Of a stretch of 64,000 bases of DNA, positions 41,918 to 52,388 are shown one piece after another. Position 1 is the stretch's first letter, and every line of letters begins with the position of its first letter. The translations under genes and the position numbers were made by a program. Below the pieces are notes generated by a model. That model had not been told where the DNA came from, made no database searches, and saw nothing but the letters and a program-made list of their open reading frames with translations. The stretch comes from Arenicellales bacterium (GTDB lineage: Bacteria > Pseudomonadota > Gammaproteobacteria > Arenicellales > JAJDZL01), in contig OX638343.1 of assembly GCA_951813075.1 (NCBI GenBank), forward strand, positions 1,688,739 through 1,752,738, written 5' to 3'.

Positions 41918-42630
41918 TGTTTGTTGAATTCTTTGCCAACCAAGTGTCGTCATATTGACGACTCTTCTTGTAGCTTTGTCAATGGAGTGAAGCCGAAATT
42001 CGCGAGAGGATTTCAGGTATGGAGTCTACGGGTTAGATCGAATACAGTGGCGAGGTTGGGGTCCCACCAGTGCATCCCTATGGACCTATACAACTACTCA
42101 AACGAAGGTAATCAGGTAGAAATACGCCACCCCATTGCTTTGGATTCCGCCAAAACCTGATTAGTTAACATTCTGATTGAGCATATTCGTCCAGGTGAGT
42201 CGGGTTCAAGGAATAGAGCAATTCGGAAGGTCACCTGCTTTGATCGGAATCTGGTTCACCAGTTGATTGCCAAGATGCGGATTGAAAATCCGCATCTTCT
42301 ACCTCCAGAGCGAGATGGATATGCGCGATGAGAGTCGAAAATATGATGACGTTAATGCTCGTGAGCATTAAAACGCGCATTAATTCTGTTTTAATGCGCG
42401 TTTGCTAAATACGATTCGTAGTAAGCAAAGTCAATCACTTGTTAGGAAACGAACTACATCGCGCTCCATATTAAGTACCGCTACGATTGCATCCATGGCT
42501 TTTGCCTGGTCAAAAGGGAATTGATTTTTTCGGTGAATATCAGTCTTTATCACCGCATAATCTGCGGCGATATATTTTGACTTTGCGACAAGCATACCCT
42601 ATAAACACCTTATATTTTGCGGTGATTAAT

Positions 42631-43740
42631 ATGTGGATCTACGAACATCACAACTGGCCAAACTTCAATTGGGATGTTGAAGCCCTAATCTCAAAGCTGG
42701 CTGATATACGCCATCGCCAAGGTCGTGTGCTTGGACGAATGGAAGGTCTTGGATTCGAGTTTGAGCGAGAAGCCAGCCTCAACACTCTGACAAATGATGT
42801 TATCAAGTCCTCAGCTATTGAAGGCGAGAACCTAATTCCAAGAGAAGTCCGCTCGTCCATCGCGCGAAGGTTAGGCATTGATATAGCGGGACTTGTACCC
42901 GCCGGCCGCGATGTCGAAAGCGTTGTTGAAATGATGCTTGATGCCACACAGCAATTTTCAAAACCTCTGACAATAAATCGATTATTTGCCTGGCAGGCAG
43001 CACTGTTTCGAACAGGACGTAGCGGCATGCATAGGATCACGGTTGGCGACTGGCGCACTAAAGAATCAGGCCCAATGCAGATTGTGTCAGGTCCGATAGG
43101 TCGCGAGAAAGTTCATTTTGAAGCACCAAATGCAGACCGACTGGAAAAAGAAATGCAGATGTTTCTGGATTGGTTTAACGACAGCCATGACATGGACCCT
43201 GTGCTTAAAGCAGGTATTGCCCATTTATGGTTTGTGACCATCCACCCATTTGAGGATGGGAATGGGCGTATCGCCAGAGCTATTGGCGATATGGCGTTAG
43301 CACGCGCTGACGGCATAGCTGACCGTTTCTACAGCTTATCTACCCAGATTGCATCCGAGCGCAAGGAATATTACGATCAACTAGAAAAACAGCAGCGCGG
43401 AACTCTGGACATTACCGGTTGGCTTGAATGGTTTTTGGATTGTTTAGGACAAGCTTTTTCCAACGCAGAAACTACTATTGGTAACGTTCTATTCAAGGCA
43501 CGACTTTTGGGTAAGATCAATCAACGACCTGTTCGTGAACGACAGCGTCTGATCATCAATCGCATGTTAGAGGATAGTTTTGAAGGACACATACACACAT
43601 CCAAATATGCCAAGCTTGCAAAATGTTCCAATGACACCGCCCTAAGGGATATTCAAGAATTGAAAGAGCGTGGCATCTTTATTCAGAACACCGGTGGAGG
43701 ACGTAGTACGAGTTACAGATTACCAGATCAGGTTGAATAA
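42631..43740 (+). CDS. Fic family protein (DUF4172 + Fic + HTH)
   Basis: MWIYEHHNWPNF start, SSAIEGE inhibitory motif, HPFEDGNGRIAR, C-terminal GGRSTSY. Confidence 0.93.
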   Translation: MWIYEHHNWPNFNWDVEALISKLADIRHRQGRVLGRMEGLGFEFEREASLNTLTNDVIKSSAIEGENLIPREVRSSIARRLGIDIAGLVPAGRDVESVVEMMLDATQQFSKPLTINRLFAWQAALFRTGRSGMHRITVGDWRTKESGPMQIVSGPIGREKVHFEAPNADRLEKEMQMFLDWFNDSHDMDPVLKAGIAHLWFVTIHPFEDGNGRIARAIGDMALARADGIADRFYSLSTQIASERKEYYDQLEKQQRGTLDITGWLEWFLDCLGQAFSNAETTIGNVLFKARLLGKINQRPVRERQRLIINRMLEDSFEGHIHTSKYAKLAKCSNDTALRDIQELKERGIFIQNTGGGRSTSYRLPDQVE

Positions 43741-44103
43741 TCTTGTTTTCAATTGATCTCAATGCAGAGGTATTTTCGATAGTGATTGCACCTTGATTCA
43801 ATATCAAGAAATATCCGATGAAAGAGTTTACTAATCGTCGTAGATTCAACGAAGAATGTTATTCAGAAGTAAGGCTTGGATGAGCGAACCGGTAAGGAGC
43901 TGAACCACGCACAACGTACACCGCGACGACGCTTTTTGGGAGATTGGCACAGTGTGGTATTGTTCTAGAGGATAGCGATGGCATCCATGAATTTACGCGC
44001 GATCTCAAGCGCATAGGACACCAAGTGAACATGATAGCGGCTCATAATGTCAAGCCGCATATCAATACTTACACCGCCTAGAAACCCATTCTTCAACCCA
44101 ACA

Positions 44104-44304
44104 TTAGACTGTGTTCCGGGGCCGCTCCTTTTCCGCGCGTTCCATGAGTTTCCGCTGATCTTCGGCCGCCTTTCTCATCACGTGTTCATATACTTTCTTC
44201 TTTTCGCTCGCACTTGCGTTTCGAATAAAGTCCGCAAAAGGGTTAATGTATTCGGGTTCTTTTTTCAATTTTCGACGTATAGTTTCGAACATGGCCACGG
44301 TCAA
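44104..44304 (-). CDS. Small protein downstream of the zeta toxin gene
   Basis: PFADFIRNASASEKKKVY motif, AAGGA SD; resembles small genes that follow proteobacterial zeta-toxin-family genes. Confidence 0.6.
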   Translation of the reverse strand: MTVAMFETIRRKLKKEPEYINPFADFIRNASASEKKKVYEHVMRKAAEDQRKLMERAEKERPRNTV

Positions 44305-45029
44305 TTTTCCTTATGATTGTCTTAATTTCATCTTTACTGTATTTTTCCATTACATGGTTGTCAATTTGATCAATAAAGGTTCGATTTAGTCTATTGGTAC
44401 CATCAAAATTTCTCAACAATAAATCCAAGCAAATATAACTGTCAATCTTTCTTTTCAGGAATTAGCATTGGTTCTGGTGGCGAAATTCTGCGCGATAAAC
44501 ATATCAGGCGGAATATACCTGCCTTCGATTTGTTGTCGAATTATCACGAATTTCCAAGCTTGCTGTGGTGTCTGATACATGTTGAGAATTTGCACTGTTC
44601 TACTTAGTGCTATAGATCGTGAAATATTCTCGTCAGCTTTGTCGTAGTTTGATAGCGTTCCATCTAGTATGAAACTTTGAGATTGCTTCAATACTGTATC
44701 GTGGATTCGGTCCTCAAGAATGGAAGTTGCGACTTGAAACAAGTCTGAATTAGCTCCGTTATAGTCTTCAAACTCAGAACGCAATTCATCTGCATCAATT
44801 CTAATAACTCCTGATTTGTCTTTGGTGCGGTTAAATTTATTGTCAAACTATTTATAAGCAAATGGATTGATGCTTCGGTTTTTCCCGCACCAGGTGAACC
44901 AGCCATAAACACTGAAACTGGATCTTTTTCACTTGGAAATTTTTCAAGATCAGTTATTCGTTTGGCAATTCTCTTTTTGTTTGCTTTGGCAAATTGACTC
45001 GCTGTCGATTTGATTTTTTCATTGTCCAT
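44243..45029 (-). pseudogene. Zeta toxin family P-loop kinase, disrupted
   Basis: FMAGSPGAGKTE, then a frameshift to ..FILDGTLS..QAWKFV..EGR, an in-frame stop, then DLLL..DG; three ORF pieces. Confidence 0.8.
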
Positions 45030-45476
45030 TTTGAATAAATGGCGACATATTTAGAACAATCAAGTTGGAACCTTGCAGTTCTGATAGATAGCCCATAAAA
45101 AACTCACATTTCGTCATAACTCTTAAGTGTTGCGACAGAAAATTCTCTAGCTCCATTTCAACCGTCTGCGATTTCAAACTTTTGGGCGATCCTGAAGCAG
45201 ACCGCAACCAGCGTATCCCAAATATATTCTCTCGTCGCAAACGATACTACGTTTCCCTTGTCTATAGTGGCGTACCTCGTTAGTTGGTTGCAAAACAAAC
45301 AAATCTACATTTGATCAAATTGGCCTCTTTTTATACGCCCGAGATGCGCTAATTATGCAATAACTCGTTGTAGAACAATGGCCAGTCGCAGATTTCAGAA
45401 AGATTTTCCACCACTTTATTACGAATATCGTTACAACTTTTTTCTGTTTATCCCAATTCTATGTAAGTTCTCACGA

Positions 45477-48011
45477 TTAAAACCCTGCTGGCATAGTTGG
45501 GTCTCTGCCTTTACCAATAAGATATGGCACAGTTAATTCCAAAAGCCTCCGTTCGAATGGGATTTTTTCAAACGACTTAGAATTGCGAATTCGCATAAAT
45601 TTAGAATAAATCTCTTTTGTTCCATCGGTGTCAACCGGAAACCAATCGAGATGCCTCCATCGAACTTGGCATAACCCGCGATATCCCATCAACAAATAAC
45701 GAAGTTCCGTTGACGGTCGTGGTATTCCACCGGGTCGACAATCAAATTCACCATTAATTAGGTTATCTAACTGTCGGTCAAGGAATCCTCGGACACGTTG
45801 AAATCTCGAGATATCCTCGCATAGAACTCTACGTGCTGCAACCCGGCGGGCTAAAGGATGTGAAACAGCGGCGAGTAAAAATTTATCTTGTTCTTGTGCT
45901 CCTTTATCTTCCCAAATTTTGATCAAGGTGTCATAAATTTGCCTCAAAGAGGTCTCATTCTGGACCGCACGTCCAACTCCAGAGTAAATTGACCATTCCG
46001 AATACTCTTTGTCCATATGCAGCCTGTGTCCTACGGCGCCATTCGGCTCGAGAATCGCAGTCAACAGTGTCTGGACAACATCGTCAGGGCATCCAGTAAA
46101 CAGCCAAGTAAGACCCATGTGCAAGCGATTAGCGTGATAATTATTCAATCGACTTCGACTATAAATACTGGAATCAAGATTCGTGAGCAGATATTCAGTA
46201 GCGGTTCGTAGTAGGGTATTTGCGTTGTCGGGATTTTCGCCACAATCTCGAGGTGGCTGTCCGTCTGAACCCAATGGAAATATATGCTTATCCCACTGTT
46301 TGGTTGTGATTTTATGGAACTCATCTAGGAGTGATAAAGGGATGTTGCTGCTTTCAATCTTTGTTAATACCCCTTCAAGTTTCTTCCATCCTTCGCAGCT
46401 GGCTTTATATATATACAGCTCAGGAATACTTCTAAGATTCAGCGGTCGCTCTTTCAGCAAATTCTTCCATTTTATGCTGACAGTTTCCGCAGTTAAATTT
46501 ACCACTTTATCACCTAGCAGGTGTTCTACAAACTCAATACGAACTTCACTTGAAAGAGGTCGCACTCTTGCTACAGGTTCTACTACCTTCTCATAATCAG
46601 ATGGTTCAATCGAATGGCGTGTAAAACCCCCTTCATGCTCATCTCCTCTTCGAAAGTGAAAGTAGACTTCTTCGATACCAGGGGCCAGAGTTATTCGCCG
46701 GCTTTTGTCTAATGTTGAAGAGTAGATTTCTCCGGCCGGAATCGCATTGTTTCCAGAAACCACTGTAACCCATCTGGTGTCACCGTTTTCTCCATGGTTT
46801 GCTAATTTATTCCTAACTTCAAGTTGAATTTCAGGAACCGAATCAAGCCACGCAGGTCCATTTGGGTGATTAGCTTCGCCTAGAATCTTGGCCAAACTTG
46901 AAGCGGCTTTTGCAGTTTCTGGTCCCGATACATTACAAATTTCGATTTTTCTGTCAAACTTTCGACTCAATGGTTGAATCTTTTTTGCTACATCATCACC
47001 AACGGGGTTTTCAATTATGATTGGAAGAGGAATTTCGAATTCATGAAATGGAAATTTCTCTATGATTTCTAGTAGCTTCTCCTGAAAAAACTGTGTACAG
47101 CCGATATCAAAGGGAATAGTAGGTGGTACGGTTGTCCATTGTGAACTTTCATTTTCACCTTTTTCCCAAGACTGGTGCTCAATAGCATTTGGATTTATGC
47201 CGATATTTTCGATTGTTTTCGCAGATGCATCTGCTGCAAGAATTTCTACCCAACGAGTACTCTTTCTAAACTGATCTGCATCAGCAGAGTTTAGAAAATG
47301 TTTATCGAGACTAGAGTAATTTTCCATCCACAGACATACACCACTTTGTGTGTAGTCATCCCGATTGCCAGTAAATGGACTCCTGACGATACGAATTTTC
47401 TCCTCATCTTCGCTTGGACGTCGCCAACGACGAAGTTCCATAACCCTCCAGGTTATTCGTTCATTGACGGAAATAACCAGGACGTGGCCTACGAAATCAT
47501 TCAAATATCCCTTACATAATGCCGCTTGCACTACTGCCACTGACCGCCAAATTAACTCAATCCGACTCCGAATAAGCTTTATCGGCCGCGCTTCGTGGAA
47601 TAAGTTGTGCAATGTTTCCAACCGAGTTACACCGGTATAATTGCTGACTATTGAAGACCCTAAAATATTGTCGTCTGGAAGTACAAGGGCTAAGTTGATT
47701 GACTCGTCCGTTTTACGACTTGCTTCCTCAATCGATTCCCACAAAGCTGATGGTAAAGCCGATTTTCCATCCCATTCAGTGAGATTATTCTCTAATTCCG
47801 CTGAACATCTTAGTGCAGTTGCTGCATCGACAGTTGTAGAATGGGAAAACGAATTCTTGTATCTCGCGGCAGAAAGTGCTTGCGCACCCATTAGCCATTG
47901 GTCTTCATGTTTATGCAGGCAGGAGCGGAATCCCAGCGACCTTGCTTCATCGTTTTGGTCAACGATGTAATCTAACCACCCATTAAAGTCGAAAGTTAGA
48001 AAACGCTTCAT
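45477..48011 (-). CDS. Large accessory protein of the coiled-coil McrBC operon, possible Hsp70/actin-like domain
   Basis: ATGA overlap with the McrC-like gene gives start 48011 (MKRFLTFDFNG); LALVLPDD, LIWRSVA, VLVISV patterns; helical C-terminal half. Confidence 0.6.
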   Translation of the reverse strand: MKRFLTFDFNGWLDYIVDQNDEARSLGFRSCLHKHEDQWLMGAQALSAARYKNSFSHSTTVDAATALRCSAELENNLTEWDGKSALPSALWESIEEASRKTDESINLALVLPDDNILGSSIVSNYTGVTRLETLHNLFHEARPIKLIRSRIELIWRSVAVVQAALCKGYLNDFVGHVLVISVNERITWRVMELRRWRRPSEDEEKIRIVRSPFTGNRDDYTQSGVCLWMENYSSLDKHFLNSADADQFRKSTRWVEILAADASAKTIENIGINPNAIEHQSWEKGENESSQWTTVPPTIPFDIGCTQFFQEKLLEIIEKFPFHEFEIPLPIIIENPVGDDVAKKIQPLSRKFDRKIEICNVSGPETAKAASSLAKILGEANHPNGPAWLDSVPEIQLEVRNKLANHGENGDTRWVTVVSGNNAIPAGEIYSSTLDKSRRITLAPGIEEVYFHFRRGDEHEGGFTRHSIEPSDYEKVVEPVARVRPLSSEVRIEFVEHLLGDKVVNLTAETVSIKWKNLLKERPLNLRSIPELYIYKASCEGWKKLEGVLTKIESSNIPLSLLDEFHKITTKQWDKHIFPLGSDGQPPRDCGENPDNANTLLRTATEYLLTNLDSSIYSRSRLNNYHANRLHMGLTWLFTGCPDDVVQTLLTAILEPNGAVGHRLHMDKEYSEWSIYSGVGRAVQNETSLRQIYDTLIKIWEDKGAQEQDKFLLAAVSHPLARRVAARRVLCEDISRFQRVRGFLDRQLDNLINGEFDCRPGGIPRPSTELRYLLMGYRGLCQVRWRHLDWFPVDTDGTKEIYSKFMRIRNSKSFEKIPFERRLLELTVPYLIGKGRDPTMPAGF

Positions 48012-49537
48012 TCCAACGCCATCAGCGACATTATCCATTTGTTTATATTGATGTCCCATGAGCATCCCTCCTGCCATGGAAACTCATCTACTCCGACGAA
48101 GATCGCTTCTGAATTGTTAACTTCAGGTGCGTTCCACCAAATGGTCGCATCCAAGGTTCCGTAACGGATAGCGGCGATTGCACCTAGCGGCAATTGATGG
48201 TCAGAATGAGCAATCTTGAAATGATAGGGTTGGTTCCGATACCGATTCCAATTTTGGAAAGTAAATTGGTATTTGGCCCCTATTTCTTCGCGATGATTCA
48301 AATAATGTCCCTGAGGTTGCAAAGCCACCGACTTTAACACCGGCGAATGAGCGATAAGGCCATCGTTGGGTAAATTTAGCATCAACTCGTGGAATTTCAT
48401 TGCTACCCGCATTCCGAGAATCTCCATAAAGGTGCGATGTTGCCACATCCATTCTCGTTCAAATGCATCACTGCCATTACGCAACTCTAACCAAGCGCGC
48501 CATATTTTGTTGTAACGAGAATCGAATCGGAGAGGAAAATTTGGACGAACAGATAGTTGTGCTTCCGGTACATTTTGATCTCGGAGCATAACAACAATTC
48601 GTCGAGCACGAAAGTGGTGAGCTTCCAAAGGCGCTTTTTGAAGTACCGAAAGACGATCATCAGTCAGAAACCGCTTGGTCTCTCGAGAAGTTAATGCTGC
48701 GAATGCACGCAGTACACTATTTTCAAGTGTGGTAATTGTTTCGCAACGTTTTGATGCTTTAATTCGCTGACGAGAACCAGCTCTCTCGGCGGTATTTCTT
48801 CCAGGTCTCGCTGACAACCAATGTAAGGTCTTTACGTCAATGCGACGTACATTTTGTAACTTGAGCATTCGATGTTCAGTGGTTAGCATCGCTCGCGGGC
48901 GAGCACACAAATCGTCGAGTACGGCTCGTAGTTGATTTGCCTGCTTTATTAGCAGATTAACTTGGGGGTCATAGTCTTCCAGTCTTGTATCGTCCCACAA
49001 GCGTTCAAGACGACTATAGGCATTGCTGATACTTGGCGCAGTTGAAAAACATATTGGCGTATCTTGGAGAAAGTTGGCAGCACGTCTAAGAGTGCGAATT
49101 CTTTTGGTCTGACCATCACTATTCGGTGTTGGCCAAGCCGTTACGTCCAATGAATAACTCTGCCCCGACTTGACAGAAAAATTGATGGTGTATTCTTCGC
49201 CCATTCGGTATGGGAGATACCACCCGGCAAGAGGTTCGTCAGGGTGATATTCATTAGATTCTATGCCCGCTAGTAGACGTCCGCGGAGTTTACCGGGGAT
49301 TCGTGGAAGTGGTTGGCGTCGCCGCCCTTCCAACATTGGATTCAGATCATTTATTTCGCTTGATTTTGCTACCAGGACTGGTGGCCCATTGTTTGCATCC
49401 AATATTGGTCGGAGTCTTGCGACATCCTCAACAGGTATCGCACAACTTTTGGTTGGTAAATTCGAACTGCAATCATCTTTAGCACATGTTCCGGTGGCCT
49501 CCAGAATGAAATCACGATATGATTGGTAAAGCCACAT
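48008..49537 (-). CDS. McrC-like DUF2357 protein
   Basis: RPRAML, WLSARPGRNTAERAG, TLENSVL, PNFPLRFDSRY; follows McrB; no clear PD-(D/E)xK motif. Confidence 0.75.
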   Translation of the reverse strand: MWLYQSYRDFILEATGTCAKDDCSSNLPTKSCAIPVEDVARLRPILDANNGPPVLVAKSSEINDLNPMLEGRRRQPLPRIPGKLRGRLLAGIESNEYHPDEPLAGWYLPYRMGEEYTINFSVKSGQSYSLDVTAWPTPNSDGQTKRIRTLRRAANFLQDTPICFSTAPSISNAYSRLERLWDDTRLEDYDPQVNLLIKQANQLRAVLDDLCARPRAMLTTEHRMLKLQNVRRIDVKTLHWLSARPGRNTAERAGSRQRIKASKRCETITTLENSVLRAFAALTSRETKRFLTDDRLSVLQKAPLEAHHFRARRIVVMLRDQNVPEAQLSVRPNFPLRFDSRYNKIWRAWLELRNGSDAFEREWMWQHRTFMEILGMRVAMKFHELMLNLPNDGLIAHSPVLKSVALQPQGHYLNHREEIGAKYQFTFQNWNRYRNQPYHFKIAHSDHQLPLGAIAAIRYGTLDATIWWNAPEVNNSEAIFVGVDEFPWQEGCSWDININKWIMSLMALE

Positions 49538-49554
49538 GAAAGTACTACTTTAAT

Positions 49555-51495
49555 TTATTCATACGTGTAACCGGGCCAGTTGAACGTTTGAGTTTTTTGC
49601 GATTCGGTCTCTGCTTTACCCAAGGCTTTGGCAAAACCGGCATCACCTAATTCGTTTTCACATAAAACTTTGAGTCCGTTCAAGGTATTTTGACAGTCTG
49701 CCATTTCGGTACCAGAGAGTTTCGGTAAAAGACGCATGTTTATTTGATCGATCATTGGATTCCTCCAGTCGTTTTCTGGATAGCGATCAATGTACGCTTG
49801 TATGCTTTGAGCAATTCTGAAACCGAATCCGCGACCCGCTTCTTGCATCAGAATTGCAAGTTCTTTCAGCGTGTCCTTGATTTCTTGTTTAGCATTCTGT
49901 CTGCGATCTGACCAACTAAGCCAGTGCTCGTACGGCAGATACCCTACCGATTTTTGAATGTTTGTTGCAGGTGCTTGACTGTGATTTTTAAGTGTATCGG
50001 GACCTGGAGGTGCAAACCGTATCGAATTCGCGCGATCTAAAACTTTGTCGGAAAGCGTCTGGGTAGATTCATCTTCATTTAGCGTTCCAACCCATAGAAC
50101 GTTATGTGGAATTTGCAGATGCATCGGGCTCTCCTCTTCGCCATATGGAAGGTCAATAGCGATTTGAGCATCTATTCGATTTCCTTCGTTTGTTGGCGAA
50201 ACCTTTCTTGGCCCACGCATTTCAAGTCGAGACAAGAATTCAGAAAAATAGTACTCTGTCCGAGCCAAGTTCATTTCGTCGAGAAGAATGATCAACATTC
50301 TTTTACTCCAATCGTTATTCCCATTGATGCCGGTCTCTTTAGCGAACAGCAAGTCGAAATGACCAAGCGCACGTGCTCTGTCTGTGGGCCTATACCGTTC
50401 CGCCACGAAATCATAGAATCCTAGAATGTCTTGTGGAGAATCCCAACCTGGTTCGACTGGGACATGAAGAAAATTTATCCCGAAAAACCGCGAGTAAGCC
50501 CGAGGCAGTTGACTCTTTCCTGTTCCACTCAGGCCACTTAGCACGGTCAGCGGGGAGAGGTCGTTTACCTTCAAGGAAGTATGAAATGCCTTAATTATTC
50601 GATCGTGATACTCAAGCCCTGCCTTACTTAGAGCATCCTCAAACTCAGTCAAAAGGCCAACTTCGTTATCTTTTGCATCTAAAGGAGACTCGAAATCCTT
50701 AAGACATTCTGGCAGAGTCCGAAATGCACTTAGTTTGTCATGCTCTTTCGAGGAGCTTTTCTTTACATCAGTAATTTCGACCTTAAGCGAGCCATCTGGA
50801 AATTGAATCGTAGCATCGCTCACCAACTCCTTCGTTTTCAACATTCGCTCAGCATCTTCAATAGCATCATTTGTATCTCTGAGTTCCCTCGTATGCTCTT
50901 GCAATGACATACTTGTTTGTTCTAACTTGTTTTCGAGTTCCAGCAATTCGCTCTGACGAAATTTAAAGCCAGCTTCAATGTCATTGAGTTTTGCTTCTGT
51001 CTCTTTTGTCTCATTTTCCAATTGATCGAATGCTAGCTTTCTTTCATCAAAGATTTTTTTCCAGTTCTCGTCATCATCAAGAATTGCTGACGGATACTGA
51101 TCCAATAGAGCTTGAACATCCCGCAGTCGATTCGCCACCTCAGTTCGACGTCTTTCTAACTCATCAATTCGATTTGACTCATGCCTGTTAAAATCCTCAA
51201 GTTCCTGTTGCATTTTCTCCAGGGCTTTATGATCACTCTTAATCGCTTCCCAACGATCGATCGATTCTTGTGCGCGGAGTCCACTCTGCAATAAGTTTTC
51301 TTTTTCTTTGGTTTGTTCCTTGATCAGAGTATCAAGACGCAACACTTCTTCATCTCTCATCTTTTGTAATGTTTCGATATCGCCTTGAATTGCTCCACTT
51401 CGATCTAGCCTGCTCAATTGACCAACAAGAAACATCACCGCGAGCAGTGCAAAGGCGCAAATTATAAGAACGATTGTGAGATTACTAAAAATCAA
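49555..51495 (-). CDS. McrB-like AAA+ GTPase with N-terminal TM and coiled coil
   Basis: GLSGTGKS, VEPGWDSPQDILG, LLDEMNLARTEYYFSEFLS, GTLNEDEST (NxD), LSDKVLDRA; heptad-rich region about aa 40-220. Confidence 0.9.
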   Translation of the reverse strand: MIFSNLTIVLIICAFALLAVMFLVGQLSRLDRSGAIQGDIETLQKMRDEEVLRLDTLIKEQTKEKENLLQSGLRAQESIDRWEAIKSDHKALEKMQQELEDFNRHESNRIDELERRRTEVANRLRDVQALLDQYPSAILDDDENWKKIFDERKLAFDQLENETKETEAKLNDIEAGFKFRQSELLELENKLEQTSMSLQEHTRELRDTNDAIEDAERMLKTKELVSDATIQFPDGSLKVEITDVKKSSSKEHDKLSAFRTLPECLKDFESPLDAKDNEVGLLTEFEDALSKAGLEYHDRIIKAFHTSLKVNDLSPLTVLSGLSGTGKSQLPRAYSRFFGINFLHVPVEPGWDSPQDILGFYDFVAERYRPTDRARALGHFDLLFAKETGINGNNDWSKRMLIILLDEMNLARTEYYFSEFLSRLEMRGPRKVSPTNEGNRIDAQIAIDLPYGEEESPMHLQIPHNVLWVGTLNEDESTQTLSDKVLDRANSIRFAPPGPDTLKNHSQAPATNIQKSVGYLPYEHWLSWSDRRQNAKQEIKDTLKELAILMQEAGRGFGFRIAQSIQAYIDRYPENDWRNPMIDQINMRLLPKLSGTEMADCQNTLNGLKVLCENELGDAGFAKALGKAETESQKTQTFNWPGYTYE

Positions 51496-52388
51496 TTTGA
51501 AAACTCGTTTTGATTGCCAATTTGCTCTACTTCCATAAGCTGACTCAGCATACCGTTAAGTTGCTGTCGAACACTCGACTCAAGACTATTCAGTTTTTCG
51601 AGTCGAATGGAGACTGTCACAATATCAATTTTCCCCTGGTTTAAATTTGCCTGCACTTGAACCAGTTCATTGTTTGCTGTATTCAACAATTCTTGTTTTG
51701 TTTTCAGCTCGATTTCGACACTTTTTGAATCATTTTCGAGATTATTGGCATGATTTTCTCGCTCGGCTATCCTTGCTTCAAGGTCACTTTCCTTGTCATT
51801 CAGAAATTTGACAGATCCCGTCAGCTCATTTCTTAACTTGGTCAATGTGGTAATTTCCGTCTCCAGTCCGCTGCGTACATTAGTCAAATTCTCAATTTCA
51901 TGACGCAGGGGTTCTGTACCTTCGTGCTGTTTGGAGAGTTTGTCAATGCTGTTTTTCAAGGTCCTTTCCCGATTCAGCAAACTCTGGATAATTGACTCTT
52001 TATTTGTTATTTCTTCTTCAGTTTCCCGAAGGTCTTGATCACGACGATTTCGTTCTTCGAGTATGCTTGCCTTTTCTTCCATTAAGTTGTCGATGTCCCG
52101 ATTCAAGCTTTCTTTTGTTGCAATTAGTTGATTTATTTCCTTTTCGTCGGCTTCCAATTTATCTCGGTCAACCCTTAAAGCGCCGATTTCTTCTATCAGT
52201 GAATCTCGAGAAATCTTAAGTTGAACTATTTCTGCGTTAATCCTGGCAGCTTCCTCTTGATTGGGAATTTCCTGAGCCAGTGTTACCCACCCAACTGTCA
52301 GCAAAATAACTGCAATTGTCAAGAGCGTAGTGGCCTTAGTTAGTTTACGGCGCCCAAGGTTCCTGAATTGATTTGAGTTAGGTTCCAT
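51492..52388 (-). CDS. Membrane-anchored or exported coiled-coil protein
   Basis: Hydrophobic segment aa ~20-37 followed by about 250 aa of heptad repeats; overlaps both neighbours. Confidence 0.8.
   Translation of the reverse strand: MEPNSNQFRNLGRRKLTKATTLLTIAVILLTVGWVTLAQEIPNQEEAARINAEIVQLKISRDSLIEEIGALRVDRDKLEADEKEINQLIATKESLNRDIDNLMEEKASILEERNRRDQDLRETEEEITNKESIIQSLLNRERTLKNSIDKLSKQHEGTEPLRHEIENLTNVRSGLETEITTLTKLRNELTGSVKFLNDKESDLEARIAERENHANNLENDSKSVEIELKTKQELLNTANNELVQVQANLNQGKIDIVTVSIRLEKLNSLESSVRQQLNGMLSQLMEVEQIGNQNEFSN

Noticed and set aside
41990-42330. Possible C-terminal fragment of an ATP-binding/HTH regulator (LIEHIR...RKVT...KMRIENP)
   Set aside because: Too degraded to assign with confidence
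43817-43930. Possible IS3 orfA start remnant (RRRFNEE); a similar trace lies near 53620-53765
   Set aside because: Very short, with no IRs or integrase domain
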